NCBI RefSeq assembly: GCF_006345805.1
Contig: NC_043015.1
Span: 16,120,001 to 16,184,000, forward strand
Source of the DNA: Octopus sinensis
Lineage: Eukaryota
Length of the DNA stretch: 64,000 bases
Reading direction: 5' to 3'
Shown: positions 26,895 to 40,472 of the stretch, in pieces
Numbering within the stretch: the first letter of the stretch is position 1
Layout of the letters: each line of letters starts with the position of its first letter
Position numbers and translations under genes: made by a program
Notes under the pieces: generated by a model
What the model was told of the DNA's origin: nothing
Seen by the model: only the letters and a program-made list of their open reading frames with translations
The model's database searches: none

Positions 26895-26937
<43 letters not shown>
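26895..26937. repeat. (AG)n microsatellite
   Basis: Directly visible. Confidence 0.95.
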
Positions 26938-26939
<2 letters not shown>

Positions 26940-28520
26940 AGGAATGAGAACAAAGGCAGCTGTGCTGCTGTAAAGGAAATACATGGTTACCAAGCCTGAG
27001 AGAAGAAGAGCAGAAGGAGAAGGAGAGAGAGTAGGAGACATCAAGAGTATAAGAGAGAGCAGGAGACAGCTGGTGGCAAAGTGCCAGACATACTTACAAG
27101 GGACAGGGATCAGAATATAAATGGGATGGTCAAGTAAACAAAGAGATGGAGGCAAGTGCCAGGGCATACCCTTGAGGTATGGAGGCCATAATATAAGTGG
27201 CAGGACATTGCCAAAGAGGCATGAGTAGAGAGTGAAGGTGAGGAATGCAGTGAGTGGTGGAAACCTGAGTATATAGTGGTTGGGGGTGGGGGTGGCTACT
27301 AGATAGCAATAATACAGTGAACAGGGCCATAGTGCATGAAAGAGGAGATGTGAAGAAGAGAAGAGATGTAGTTCAGCGTGTTGGAATGTGTGAAAAGTTT
27401 TCTTCTAACATGTGGGTGGAACACACATTATAGCAAACATAAGGTTCTGTAGTTAACCCAGTGAATTAAGAAAACTGTAGCCTATCTTAATCCCCAATGG
27501 CTATATGTCACAAGACTCAACAGAGAAAAAGAAACAGTTTAGAATGAAGGTGAGTTCAGCTCAGTACTAGGTTCATGCAAGGTGACAATAAAATAAGTAT
27601 TGAAGAGCTGTTATTAATACTTTTGCAATCACAAACCATCTCAAATTTTGCTGGATTTTAGAGAAAGAGAGAGAAGTGGAAGAGGGAGAGGGAGAGAGAG
27701 TGAGTGAGTGTATGTGTTTGTATGAGTATATGCATGTGCATGCATGTGGTGTGAGTGTATGTGTTTGTATGGATATATGCATGTGGTGTGAGTGTATGTG
27801 GTGTGTGCATATTTACATGTGAATGTGTATTTCAGAAAACAAGCAAAAAATATTATGGAAAGTATATAAATGTATTGTTGAGTTTATTTATTAATTCAAA
27901 GGTAAAGCTTTATTCAGTTGAGTTACCTTCTCCATGGATATTTGTCAGGAAAAAAATCACATAATTGTCCCCCTTAATGTTAGTAGTCAGATGTAGCAGC
28001 TTTATGAATGTAAATGACACTTGCTGCCAAGGTGGGATTTGTCCTGTTCAGTTGGAAGAAGTTTTCTGGTTGTGCTGTTTATTTTCATAACTATATTGTG
28101 GTACCACCTCCAAGTTTTTATAAAGAATATCAATATATTGAAAAAGCAGCAAATTTCTGGAGTCGTTTAGTTGATTTAATCAACTCTAGTACTTCAGAAA
28201 GGGAATGACAAAAGTTGACCACAGTTGAGTTTGAATTTGAGGTTAAACAGCAAGCAAGTCTATCCCTCTACTGTTTTTGCAAGCCACCAGCCTTCGATGC
28301 ACTTCATATTAAATGTAGATACATAAAACATAGTGACAAATACATAAAAGATAATGATATTACATATTTTTCTTTATATTGTTAAAGTGAACTAATTAAC
28401 ATTTTGTTAAGTTTCTAAGAAATAAATAATAAAATATATTTTTCTGTTTAAAACTCTTCTATCTCTGAAATAATTATCATCTTTAGCTTTAGTTAATTAT
28501 TGTTAAATTTTATTTTTCAG

Positions 28521-28604
28521 GTGAACCTGGCCCATTAAACTTCGCTAAGGGTTCTAAAGGAGGTAGAGGTCCTGTAGGTCCTAGAGGATTTCCAGGAAAA
28601 GATG
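28521..28604 (+). CDS. COL4A2: Collagen IV exon O (84 nt, with interruption)
   Basis: ttcag|GT GAA CCT...AAA GAT G|gtaagc; GEPGPLNFAKGSKGGRGPVGPRGFPGKD. Confidence 0.92.
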
Positions 28605-28780
28605 GTAAGCTAAATGATTGGCTATAAGAACTCAACCATTAATCAACCTTTGACCCAGAATATATAACTGGAAATCTTGTTGATCCCTTTGTTATGATAT
28701 TTCTGAAAATTATTTCAAATTTACATTTCCTAACAAAATGACTGTTCGTATTCCAAATGGTTGCATTATTTTGTCAACAG

Positions 28781-28888
28781 GTTTGGATGGTGTAAATGGA
28801 TTACCTGGTCCTAAAGGTGATGATGGTCTACCTGGTATATCTGGCCGCCCTGGAGCCAAAGGAGACCCAGGATATCCTGGTGCAAAAG
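28781..28888 (+). CDS. COL4A2: Collagen IV exon P (108 nt)
   Basis: aacag|GT TTG GAT...GCA AAA G|gttagc; [36 protein letters not shown]. Confidence 0.92.
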
Positions 28889-30828
28889 GTTAGCATTATA
28901 TTATTTATTAAAAATACTTTGATTCCTGTTCATTTATTTTTTACCTAATTTCAATTATGAAATATTTGAGAAACTGTTTAGAAATTAGTATTAATTATTT
29001 GATGTAATTGGTTTGTGAGCAGCAAAAACAATAAAATGTCATAAGTAATATATCTAGGCTAAAGTGATGTCAAATATTGCAAGCATAATATGACAGTTAT
29101 GAAGTAAAGACAATGTTTCCGATAACATTTGTTTTTGTCAAGGAAACAAGTGTGAATGTGAAATGTGTAGTGTACAAAATATTTTTTTGACACCTCTGAT
29201 GGAGAGGATTTGCTGTCATATCCAATCATTTCATTTAGTCTTTAACTTGTAACCAAATCCTCTGCATACTGTTGTCTATAAGATAATTTTCATTGCCCAA
29301 AACATTCCAATTGAAATAATCCTACAATTCCAAAAGGATGACCTCTCAACTTAATTGTATCCCTATAATTCAGGTTTGCAAAACCACAGGGAAGGCCTCA
29401 TAACACACATAAAATCATATATTCATGACATAGACACTGTAAACACTTGGACATCAATACAGCATAAGAAAACAATAGAAATGTAACTGTTAGTCATAAC
29501 ACATACCCAATGACCATAACAAGTGAGATTTTAATGTTCATTGCACATCTTGGAACCAAAGTAACACAAATAACACCAAAGGAGACATAAAGCATCACAA
29601 CTAAACTACCTTTACATCCTATCAAACTGCACAAAATGCACCCAGATATTTCACCAAGCTGTGATAATTCTCCTAACATCGTTTCTGATAGACATGCATA
29701 ACTATCCCAAGCACAAAGCAAGCAATCAATCAGTTTCTCAGGTCACTTATGCATCATTATTACAACAAATTTCAAATTTCAAAGCATTCTATTCTGCAAT
29801 CACCAACGTAGATACACTAGTGCATGTATTAAACAAAATTATCTATTTTAAATAAAATTTATCTCAGCATAAAAAATATATTATTAAAAAAAAACACGTC
29901 TACACTCAGGGTACTCACAACTGAGTAACTGAAAATAATGACAGTCTAAGTATATAAGCAACATATTAGATCCATCATGCATTATCCTAATGCTACTGGT
30001 CCACCACAACTAACTATAAACAACACAAAATAACATATTTTACATCATCACAAGTTGCTCACTCCATCCCATAAACCAGCTACACAGTGCAACAAAATTT
30101 CTTAAGATGGAAATGTGATAAGTACAATTAGTTGCTGTGATCTTTGTGAATTAAATGAATTTTAGCAGTCATACTATACTGGTTTCCTTGGCATCTATTG
30201 TTTTTCTTTATACATTTCAGCTCACCGAAACAATAGTACAACAATACCCCTCCCTCCAAATCCAGAAAAATAGATAAAAAAAAAAAAGCAAACACACAAA
30301 AAAATATTAGCAACATCAATAACATTTTAAGCTTTCAAGTACTGTAAGATCATTTCTGAATAATAGCACTGACATGTTCTAAGTCCACTTTTTCTATCTC
30401 TGCCATGGTCACTAACTGAACTTATAGACATACAGCAACAGACTTGACACTGTTAAGTACAACCTGCCTGTAATGCACAAAATTGTTTTAACTTGACACA
30501 TGTGAAGTACTGGATTTGTTGATTACCCTTTGTTATTTGACTAACTTTTATTTTGATCACAGCTGACAGGTGCAACATAACATCAAATAAATATATAATT
30601 GGAACAGCACATATGAAAGTTATTCAGTTTCAGAAAGTAATAAATCTAATCAGCTTTGAATTACAGTAGGAAATTCTATTATCTTTTTCAGGCAATGATC
30701 CAGGTTCTAATATCTTTCTCAGCTTTAAAATTAAACCTGTTTAGATGCAAAACCCCAAATATTTTTACTATTCTATAACTTAAGCATCCACCTTTCCATT
30801 TCTCTAGTTTAATGTTTCTTATTTCTAG

Positions 30829-30963
30829 GTGAACCTGGACTTTCTGGGCTGAGAGGAGGTGATGGTTTACCAGGTTCATCTGGACCAAAAGGTGAGCCTG
30901 GTCTGTCTGGATCACCTGGACGGGATGGATTACCTGGCCCTAAAGGACTTCAAGGTCTACCAG
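30829..30963 (+). CDS. COL4A2: Collagen IV exon Q (135 nt)
   Basis: tctag|GT GAA CCT...CTA CCA G|gtaagt; [45 protein letters not shown]. Confidence 0.93.
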
Positions 30964-31189
30964 GTAAGTTTATTAAATTTAATTACAAAGTTTTCTTCAT
31001 CTTTTTGAAACAACTGTTAAAGTGTCAGGCAAATTATGTTGTAGTATTTGTTACATTCTGATTTCAAAAGCCACCAAGATCATCTTTGCCTTTCATCACT
31101 ATGGAATCAATAAAGTCAAGTACTAATGTTGATGCAATCACCTAAACCCCTTCCTTCAAAAATTGCTGGCCTTGTGCCAAAATTAGAAA

Positions 31190-31197
31190 TAATAATA

Positions 31198-31244
<47 letters not shown>

Positions 31245-31260
31245 CATTATTATTATTATT
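31190..31260. repeat. (ATT)n tract, expanded SINE tail
   Basis: Directly visible; follows ggccttgtgccaaaattagaa. Confidence 0.9.
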
Positions 31261-31379
31261 CAAAAGCAAGACTGTGAACTGGCAGAAACATTAGCATTTC
31301 AATTTCTATCAAATGACCTGCTGAAGGCTACAGACCAGACATGTAACTGGAATAAAGTCCTTGTCAAGCCGAAAGCAAC

Positions 31380-31800
31380 ATGGTAGTAGAACGATACAGT
31401 TGACATGGCAGTAAAGGCTAAGGGACAGGCTTGGAAAACCTGGAAGGAAGGTGGTAGTAGGGAACATTATCCAAGGATTTGAAGGGCAGCAACACGACAA
31501 GTATTTTTGGTTGAAGTTGAGGTAGAAAAGAAGAGATTTACACATGTCCTGCAATGTGAGGACCAGAAGCATGAAATGTTCAGGATTGTGAGGCAATGTG
31601 TGAGAAAGAATCAAGATGCTATTGGTGGGAAGTGTATTTGGAGTGAGGAAGATAAACTCATCATTGATAGAAAAGACAATAAAGTGGTGCAGAAGTGATA
31701 TTATGAGGGACTGCTGAACTTGGAGAATGCATGGGATAACGAGGACGTAACTAGTGCTGACATCACAGACGAACCAGCAATTCAAGTTGACAGCAGTGTG
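31380..31800 (+). mobile_element. RTE LINE fragment in a collagen intron
   Basis: The peptide EKKRFTHVLQCEDQKHEMFRIVRQCVRKNQDAIGGKCI aligns with DKKKFANVLRRKDQRHEVFRVARQCVRDNRVVVGEKGV at 58630-58740. Confidence 0.75.
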
Positions 31801-32984
31801 TTAGATCAGTGTTTCTCAACCATTTTTTACCTATGGATTCCTTTAATTCCTATTTTACTCAGATGGACCCTCATATCCCTTCAATGTTTTAAAAAAAAAC
31901 TATATTTTTATAATTAAATATTAGGAATTGTATTAAAAAAACTCCTAGATGCAAATGATCTAGTTCCCTCCTCCCGAGTCACGAAATTCCTCCACCATTA
32001 TACGTCTCCCTCTCTCATTTCTCATGCACTATTCCTACCACTTTCTTCACCATCTACTCTTGCAGTTTACCCAGCATCGTCATCGTTTTTGTTCTCCTGT
32101 CTACTGTGTCATCATTACTATTCTGTTCCACACTGTCAGTCATCTCCTACTCCCCTCTCTCTAACTCTTACATCATTGATAGTCACCTACCACCCCATTC
32201 CTCATCTCCCACTCCCACTAGTCTCTTGCAACTTCCACCCACCCACACTCCTAGACCTTCTCTGTCTCCTTCACCTCTACCTACCTCATAACTTATGGTC
32301 TTCCCTGACACCTCATCACCACTATTTTTATCACTTTCCAACCCCACTTAGTTACTCTCACCCTCTCTTCTACAATGTGAGAAGTCATGTAATTTCTCTT
32401 TGTGAGTAGTCATGTAGCAATCTATTCTACCCTAACCTCTTCTCTTATACTTTTACCCCTCATTTCCAAGCATAAAGTAACCCCTTCAGGGTTTGTAGTC
32501 TTGCAAGTTGTGTGATAACCTCACAAGTGCTAGTATCATATTCTTGTATTTGGGTGTGTAGTATATATTTACTTTGCTAAAATTCTTATGAACATTAAAA
32601 ATGTATGTACATTTATGACAAAAAACATGTAATACAAATGTGATGAAAACTTACAGATATACGAAAATATGAATTCATAAAAATATATAGAAGATATATA
32701 AAAGGATAAATTTATAAAATTATAAAAGTATTCTTTTTCATTATGCTTTGACACTTTTTTATGCACCTCATACACACAGGCACACACATATACACTCTCA
32801 AACACATTTAGACACATGCTCAAAAATTGAGCAATTTTTTCTTTGTCATAATATAACAAACATCTCTTCTCTTATCTGAATATATTAAACCACGGTTTAC
32901 CCTTTAAATTACCAGCTACTGTTAACCTTACAACAAGGCCTACACATACATTTATCCCCTAGACAGTTGCATAACCTCAAACTC

Positions 32985-33027
<43 letters not shown>

Positions 33028-33055
33028 AACATACATACACACTAATTCTTTACAG

Positions 33056-33190
33056 GTGAACGAGGAGAACCAGGTAAAAATGGATTTGATGGCCCTAAAG
33101 GTAACACTGGAATTGATGGATTACCTGGTTTACCAGGCCAATCTGGAGACAGAGGATCTGATGGCTTACCTGGAGGAAATGGACGACCAG
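33056..33190 (+). CDS. COL4A2: Collagen IV exon R (135 nt)
   Basis: tacag|GT GAA CGA...CGA CCA G|gtaagt; [45 protein letters not shown]. Confidence 0.93.
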
Positions 33191-34704
33191 GTAAGTAATG
33201 ATATTATTTATTTATTATTAACATGTTTTTGTGTACATTAAGTGAAGTCAATGTATTATGTCATATGGAAAAGAAAAATTATCAGCATTTTGGACATGAA
33301 CTCCTTTTTAAAACAGGGAAAAGACATTAAAAAAGAGAGGAGCCATGGTAGTAATATATGACACAAGTAGGTAGATATGTGATTTTTGAGTGAAAGAGAG
33401 TGAAGATGGATGGCAGACAAAAGAATAAAAGAAGTGGAGTAAGCAGAATCAGGTAGTTGCTTGTCAGCTGCATATCCATACTAGTACTTATGACTGAGCT
33501 GAAGAGTTGAATGTGAGGGGTTTTGTATCTCTGCATCTGCAAAGGTGAAAAGAGATGATAAAGAATTAGAGGAAAAATTCTTAGTTGTTAATTCCAAAAT
33601 TAACAATTCCTTCTAAAGAGAGAAGGTATCTAAGAGAAAAAGTAGTCATAGTATACAAAAAAGTCAGGTAGTGGTAGCCCAAAACGCTGGGGTAAAATAA
33701 AGATAAAAAGTGATGTGAGTGGTTCATTGTGCCAAAAAGATGTGCAACAGACTTAAGTGGCCTGGAGTTGTTGCAAAGTACATTATGCAAATGCTCCTGG
33801 ATTTAATCTACCAACCAGTAGATCACTTCAGACAAAGCATTGCTAAGTTGGCATTTTATACAATAGATATCATAAGAGAGAAATTATCTACAACTTGAAG
33901 AATACACTAAGAACCATGAAACATAGCATTGTTACAAATGAAAAGACAGTATGTTGTAGTGAGAGCAGGGACTGGAAGATGTTCCAAATTCACAAGGAAT
34001 GAAGGTTGTGTTCATATCTAAAAAGTGAATGGAATTCCAGAAAGATAGGAGAGGTAGCAGGATAGTCCAATAGAAGGATGAAGTGTCTGGTTAGGTAAAG
34101 AGTGAGAGAAAATGAAGATTTTTTTGTTTGTTGATTTGTTTGTTTTTCTTTTATGATTGTTTCGAAAGAGAGAGAACTATAATATGTAAGGGATTGTAGA
34201 AGTAAGACAGTTCTCATCAATGAAAATACTCTACAAAACATCTATGGTGATACAAAATATGTACCCTCCCAATCCTGTGAAATGTAAACTAATGTGAGAT
34301 GTCTTTCAACTTGGTTTAAAATCAAAAGTGGCAGTATTTTGTAAGCAAAGAGTAAGACAAGTAATTTTGATGTTCTTTTACAATGTTCAGAATGTTTAGT
34401 TTCTTTTTGAGATCCTTATAGATAGTGAGTTCTAGCATCACATGAGTCAGATGATTTTGATTTTGATTCTTAAAGTTGGGTTTATGTTCAAGAGGAACAG
34501 TGGCTAGTGCACTTTCTCTTTAATATAAGTACCATTCTGTTTTGTAGTACCATTAAATTTTACAGGACTGTTAGATTTCTATGCAAGATCAAGTGAAGTT
34601 TCTTACTGATGAAAAAAAGTGGATATCAGATGGGAATATTAACATCATCTGAAACATATATGCTTTCAATAACATCTGCTTTATTTTTTTGTTGTTTTAT
34701 CCAG

Positions 34705-34845
34705 GTCCAAAAGGAGAGAGAGGATTCAAAGGAGATCCTGGCAGACCTGGAGAATCAATACTTGGAGTTAAAGGAGATAGAGGCTTGTCTGGTTTGCAAG
34801 GTCCTCCAGGTTTTCCTGGCTTGAAAGGAGAACCCGGTGTTGCAG
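34705..34845 (+). CDS. COL4A2: Collagen IV exon S (141 nt)
   Basis: tccag|GT CCA AAA...GTT GCA G|gtaatt; [47 protein letters not shown]. Confidence 0.93.
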
Positions 34846-34936
34846 GTAATTAATTAAAAAGTGATTGCTTTTGCTTGAATGTGAAATCTATTGTGAAATA
34901 TTTACAATTTGAAATACTATTCTCTGTTTCTTTCAG

Positions 34937-35053
34937 GAAAACCTGGCTTATCTGGTATACCTGGAGATCGTGGTGTACCTGGAAACGCTGGATTGACTGG
35001 ACTGCCTGGAAAAGATGGTCTCCCTGGAGTGCGAGGAATTGATGGATTACCAG
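34937..35053 (+). CDS. COL4A2: Collagen IV exon T (117 nt)
   Basis: ttcag|GA AAA CCT...TTA CCA G|gttata; [39 protein letters not shown]. Confidence 0.92.
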
Positions 35054-36796
35054 GTTATAATTTCATTCAAGTTTTCATTAGTAGCAGATTTCAGACTTAT
35101 ATAAACAGTTGTATGCATGTGTATATATATAAATATATATCAACCCCTTATAGATTTATAATAAATATTACTTAATGAGAGCACTATTTGTTCAGAAGTA
35201 GCAGCAATGTAGTCACACTGACTTTGCTCAAACACAATTACTTCACAGTTATTAATTTAATGTTTGGCACCACAGATTGCTACATTAGAGCCCCAAAACA
35301 TTTCTATCAGGCTATCCACTATACATTTGTGGATATACATTTACATTCAAACACCACCACCACTACCTCCTCCCCTCCTCTTCTTTTTCTTCTTCTCTAT
35401 TGTACTCATTAATTTCTGATATAATTTGTGTACCAGATACTATACAGACAAAGCAACTTTCTACTTTTTATCCTCATCACAAATCAATAATTCATTTCAC
35501 ATTTTTAGAGAAAAATCTTCAATTGTTCCTTGCACCTTTGTCTCTTGTTATGTAGATATTGAGATGAAAATGGCAATCAAAATATTTCATATACAGAATC
35601 CAAATGACATATCCAATTAATCACATTTCCTGATTAGTGAAGCTTATCTATTGGTCTCAAAAAGATCTCACTATGTTATTTTGAAAGTGTACTAGAAGTA
35701 CTCTGAACCCCTTTAAGGACTTAAAGTCACCTTTTTAAAAGAGGATATGTTCAGAAATTGTTTATCAAATAGTAATGTTGGTAACCTCTCAGTACTTCAG
35801 TTGGTTGAAAGTAGCAAATAGAGTGAAGATGGGAAGTTTATGCAAGGCGTCAGGCAAAACTAGCATAGAATCTGCCGTTTGGTTATACAATCTAAAATCT
35901 GTTGCGTGATACTACATAGATGTTAGATCAAAGTGTCATCAGGACACAATTATTTGTATACTGGAGTGCAAGAAAGCCTGCATTGTTCCTGCTCTAGTAC
36001 ACCTTCAAAATGATAGGTTCCCATCCATAGTCTCCCAGACAAAGGTCATTTTACTTAAAGATACTTTTTTTTGTAAAGACAGCATCTTCATCTTGCAAAT
36101 ACATTGCTAAACAATGCATTTGAAGGAATCAGATTTCAATCTGGTTGACATTATCATTTCCATACAATGTTCACAAACTTTCCAACAAAGTTTTATTATA
36201 ATCAAGAAGATTTTTTTATAATGAATACTTGTTGTGATGAAGTGATGATGCAAAACTCCTATGCATTGTGAAACTACATTAGAACTTTGGTTTGAGGGCT
36301 TTTCTAAACATTTACACAAGGGTGCAGACAGAATATTTTCCAGAAGTTTGTGTTGCAGACCTGCCAATAATAGGTAGTGTATTCTTATTAATACATCACA
36401 AAGATGATGAATTTGAAGATATAGCCCCTTGGTGCTATTAGCCATCAACAGCTTCAAACTTATATTTACGCTGCTGCTGCCACCTCAGCCTCTAAATTTG
36501 TTAGACTATAAAGAAACAAAACCTATCAAAAGCGGGAGCATTTAAGCTAAAGGAACTATGATTAATAAAGTAATTCAAACACAAGATCACATTGTTAAAC
36601 CAGCTAAAAGTGCACTTGTACAAATAGCATTTTTTATAAACTTTCAATTGCCTGTTGAACATTCAGTGGCACAAACTTAGTGAAACATGTAATCTCCTGT
36701 GGATGCAGATATGGCCAGATTACTATGAAGTTTGCATTGATGAGGTTCAGGTTCAACCCAACTGCAAAACATCTTGGACAAATGTCTTTTACTGTA

Positions 36797-36867
36797 GTTT
36801 TGGGTTGACTATAGCTTTCTGAATAAAATTGAAAACCATATTCAGAAAGCTATAGTCAACCCAAAAC
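36797..36867. repeat. Perfect 29-bp inverted repeat with 13-nt spacer
   Basis: GTTTTGGGTTGACTATAGCTTTCTGAATA ... TATTCAGAAAGCTATAGTCAACCCAAAAC. Confidence 0.95.
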
Positions 36868-37307
36868 AAGAGAAGAACCATCATGTAATCCTTCTATCTG
36901 GACAAGATTTTCACTCTTCTACTAATCAAAAAGCAGTGTATTGACTGAAGAGCCTGCTTCCATAATAAATTCTTGATTCTATTTATTATTATTTCCACAC
37001 CAAAGACTTTAAACCATTAAAATACTAGTAATATGTACCCAAAAATAAAGAATATGTCCTTTCATTATTTCTTACAGTTTTATATTTGCTTTCTACAATG
37101 TAATTATCCAGTCAACAAAGTATTTTTATTGTCAATAAACCCTCTACTTGATAAAACAAAAAGGAATAATAACTGTTTTTGATTCTAATAGAGTGAATCA
37201 TCATTGGTATAGTAAAATTTTGAATGTTGAATCTACAAGCAATAGTTTGCCTTAACAAAACTAAACTAAAAAGATGTAAGCATCAAAACCATATTTTCTT
37301 CATTTAG

Positions 37308-37499
37308 GTGAACCTGGCCCAATGGGACCAATAGGTCCTCCTGGACCACCTGGTCGTTCAGCAGCTGTTGGTTTCTTGTTTGCCCGACACAGTCAAACAA
37401 CAGAGGTTCCAAGGTGCCCAGCTGGACTAACAAAACTATGGGATGGCTACAGTTTGCTTTATCTTGAGGGTAATGATAGATCTCATCATCAAGACCTTG
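37308..37499 (+). CDS. COL4A2: Collagen IV exon U: end of helix and start of NC1
   Basis: tttag|GT GAA CCT...GAC CTT G|gtaagt; [64 protein letters not shown]. Confidence 0.95.
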
Positions 37500-38774
37500 G
37501 TAAGTTTCAAATACATTTTATTCTGGATTGTTAAAAATAAATACTTTAATTCAGTATTTTACCCTGCTGCTTATTTCTTCTGTTTGCTTTCAGTCTGTTA
37601 GCTTTGCTTTTCAATGGCTTTTCCACCTTCAAAAATTGCTTTCATTTCTAACCATTTTCCTTTATTCTCTTCAGTGCTTTCTTGATTTATTTATACCTCT
37701 AGCTGGAATAAAAAGGTAAATACAAAGAGGAAAAACTGCAGGAATTGCAAAAAGATTTTAGTTAAAATTCCTAATTTTGATTATCTTATTTTTCATATTA
37801 GTAAAACCTTTGATTAATGTATAAATGTCACAATTCTCATTTTCTTCATGCCTGATGTAAATAGAGCAAATCACTTATTAAAAAACAACACTGATGAAAT
37901 AGCAAACAGGAAATCTAAACACATGGCTAAATGAATAATAAGTCCACATTGCATTTACACAGTACAGGGTTCAAACCAGTTGGGTCACACTTTCAGTGAG
38001 TGTCTTCTACAATTACATCTGATTAAACCAAACCCTGTGAGTAAAAAATGGCTGGAAAGAAACTTTACAGAACCTTGTTGGATGGATTATACATGTTCTT
38101 AGGTTTAAACCATATTAATACAACCACCTTTAGAAGGATTTCATGACCAAATCCTCAGTCTAAAATTGTATGAAAGCTCATTAATGAATTATATCTGTAA
38201 TTTAAAGGTCTATCTTTGTGTCTGTGAAATATTCCACTTACACGCAGATTTTAAAAATAGACCATTCACCAGATTGGACAACTGTATGCTCAGTGTCAAA
38301 ACTAATATCTGGCCAAATTTCTCAGTCTTTTACTATTCAAAAACCAGTTTGTTACTTGCTTCAGTAACAAATTCTTAATTCTATTTATTGTTGTCTCTAT
38401 ACACTGAAGAATTTAATATGATAAAATTTCATAATTAATTGTCACTTGATGTTCTTTTTGCATTTACACAGTACAGGGTTCAACCCAATTGAGTCACAGT
38501 TTTATATTCATTTCCTACACTATGTTTACCTGTTCAACAAAGTATCTTACTAATCAGTAACATTTCTATGTAATAACAAAAAGTAACTGTTTCTGTGTTG
38601 TGGTTTAATTCTTGCTTTCCCCACTAGTCCATGGGTACTATCTTTCTTCCTCAGATGAAACCATAAAAAATGGGTCTTAAGAAATGCTAACGCATATTAG
38701 TAATCTAACTGATACCATTGCAATCTTTGACATTCTATATATACATTTGATGAAAACTCTTATTTTTATTTCAG

Positions 38775-39061
38775 GTTGGGCTGGTTCTTGTATAACACGA
38801 TTTTCAACTATGCCATTCCTATTCTGTGACTTCAATAATGTATGTAATTATGCTAGCCGCAATGACAAATCTTATTGGCTTTCAACAAATGCACCAATGC
38901 CTATGATGCCAGTTGCACAAGATGATATTGCACCTTACATAAGTCGATGCGCAGTCTGTGATTCTCCTTCCAATGTTATAGCTGTCCATAGTCAGACTCT
39001 TCAGTTACCAGACTGCCCAGCAGGCTGGGAATATCTATGGATTGGTTACAGTTTTGCTATG
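38775..39061 (+). CDS. COL4A2: Collagen IV exon V: NC1 middle
   Basis: ttcag|GT TGG GCT...GCT ATG|gtaaat; [96 protein letters not shown]. Confidence 0.96.
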
Positions 39062-39587
39062 GTAAATATCATGAAAATTTTTCTTCATTATCATTGTCAA
39101 TAAGTCTTCTAATGATCATCATCATTGCTATCATTCTTGTCACCATCTTCATCCTGTTCTTTATCCTCCTCATCATTATTATCCTCAATACAAGCATATC
39201 TTTAATTTTCCATCCTTTACATAGATTTAAAAAGATTGTTTTATCACCCCATACTATCTGTGTTGTATTATCAATAAACAATACTCTTATAAGACCAGCC
39301 ATAATAATATAATCTGTCCTACTAGTTATATAATTTAAATAACCTTTCATATACCTCCATCCAACAATTTATCATTTGGTTGTTTCCTGTCGTTACACAT
39401 CTGCAAAAGTGTAGTTCATATTTAGATAAAGAAAAGAATGATGGAAGAAATATAATAAAATTACAATAGAATAAGAGTGAAATTAAATAGATTAAAAATT
39501 TGCCATTCCAGTTCAATTTATGAACAAAAACCTGTGTAAATACTCATCATTTGCTTAGATCAGATATGAAACCATAGATCATAGCAT

Positions 39588-39965
39588 AGGTGTGTCTGTG
39601 TGGCAACAAGCTTGCTTCCCAACCATATGATTCTGAGTTCAGTCCCACTGCATGTCTTCTGTTATAGCCTCAGGCCAACCAATGCCTTGTGAGTGGATTT
39701 GATTGATAGAACCTGAAAAGAAGCCTGTAATAAATATGTGTTTATGTGTGTCTTTGTGTTTGTTCCCCATCATTGCTTGACAACTAGTGTTGGTTTGTTT
39801 ATGTTGCTGTAACTTAGCAGTTCAGCATAAGAGACCAATAAAATAAGAACCAACTTAAAAATAATAAGTACTGGGGCTGGTCTGTTCAACTAAAATATTT
39901 CAAGATAGTGTCCCAGCATGGCCATTGTCTAATGACTGAAACAAGTAAAAAATAACGATAAAAAT
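39588..39965 (+). mobile_element. SINE (third family), decayed, in the last collagen intron
   Basis: Co-linear with the reverse complement of 19402-19826 (gttcagtcccactgc...gccttgtgagtggattt...ccagcatggcc...gactgaaacaagtaaaa). Confidence 0.75.
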
Positions 39966-40169
39966 AAGCAGAATCAGACAATTATCAATTTTGCTTTGTA
40001 GAACAGTATTTTATGATGACAAAATGAGTCTGCAAGTGAAAGTAAAAAACATTAATTCTCTAAAATCAGAATCATACTCATCCCTTTCTTGATTGCATGC
40101 ATACAAATTATTCATATTTAAGATTAAGAGTTTTGGAGGTGTTTTTAATCTAATTTCTTTTCCTTTCAG

Positions 40170-40472
40170 CACACTGGAGCTGGAGCAGGAGGTGGTGGAC
40201 AATCTTTGTCTAGCCCTGGCAGCTGTCTTGAAGACTTCCGAGCTACACCATTCATTGAATGTAATGGGCATGCAGGCACTTGCCACTATTTTGCTAATAA
40301 ATACAGTTTTTGGCTTACAACTATTGAACAAAACCAACAGTTCAGAGCTCCACAACCACAAACATTGAAAGCTGGAAGCTTGAAGACTCGAATTAGTAGG
40401 TGTCAAGTGTGTATGAAAAGTATCGGTAACCGCCGTCGCAATAGGGGAGGTGGCCGAGGTCAACTCTCCTAA
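40170..40472 (+). CDS. COL4A2: Collagen IV terminal exon W: NC1 C-terminal half plus Arg/Gly tail
   Basis: ttcag|CAC ACT GGA...CTC TCC TAA; [100 protein letters not shown]. Confidence 0.96.
   Translation, partial: HTGAGAGGGGQSLSSPGSCLEDFRATPFIECNGHAGTCHYFANKYSFWLTTIEQNQQFRAPQPQTLKAGSLKTRISRCQVCMKSIGNRRRNRGGGRGQLS

Noticed and set aside
30955-33064. GLPGER (GLOGER-like) integrin motif across the exon Q/R junction
   Set aside because: GxOGER motifs bind alphaI-domain integrins, which are not known from molluscs, and the string is common in Gly-X-Y sequence.
40011-40463. 150-aa - strand ORF and other ORFs overlapping collagen exons
   Set aside because: Antisense or off-frame shadows of the collagen exons, with no domain motifs.
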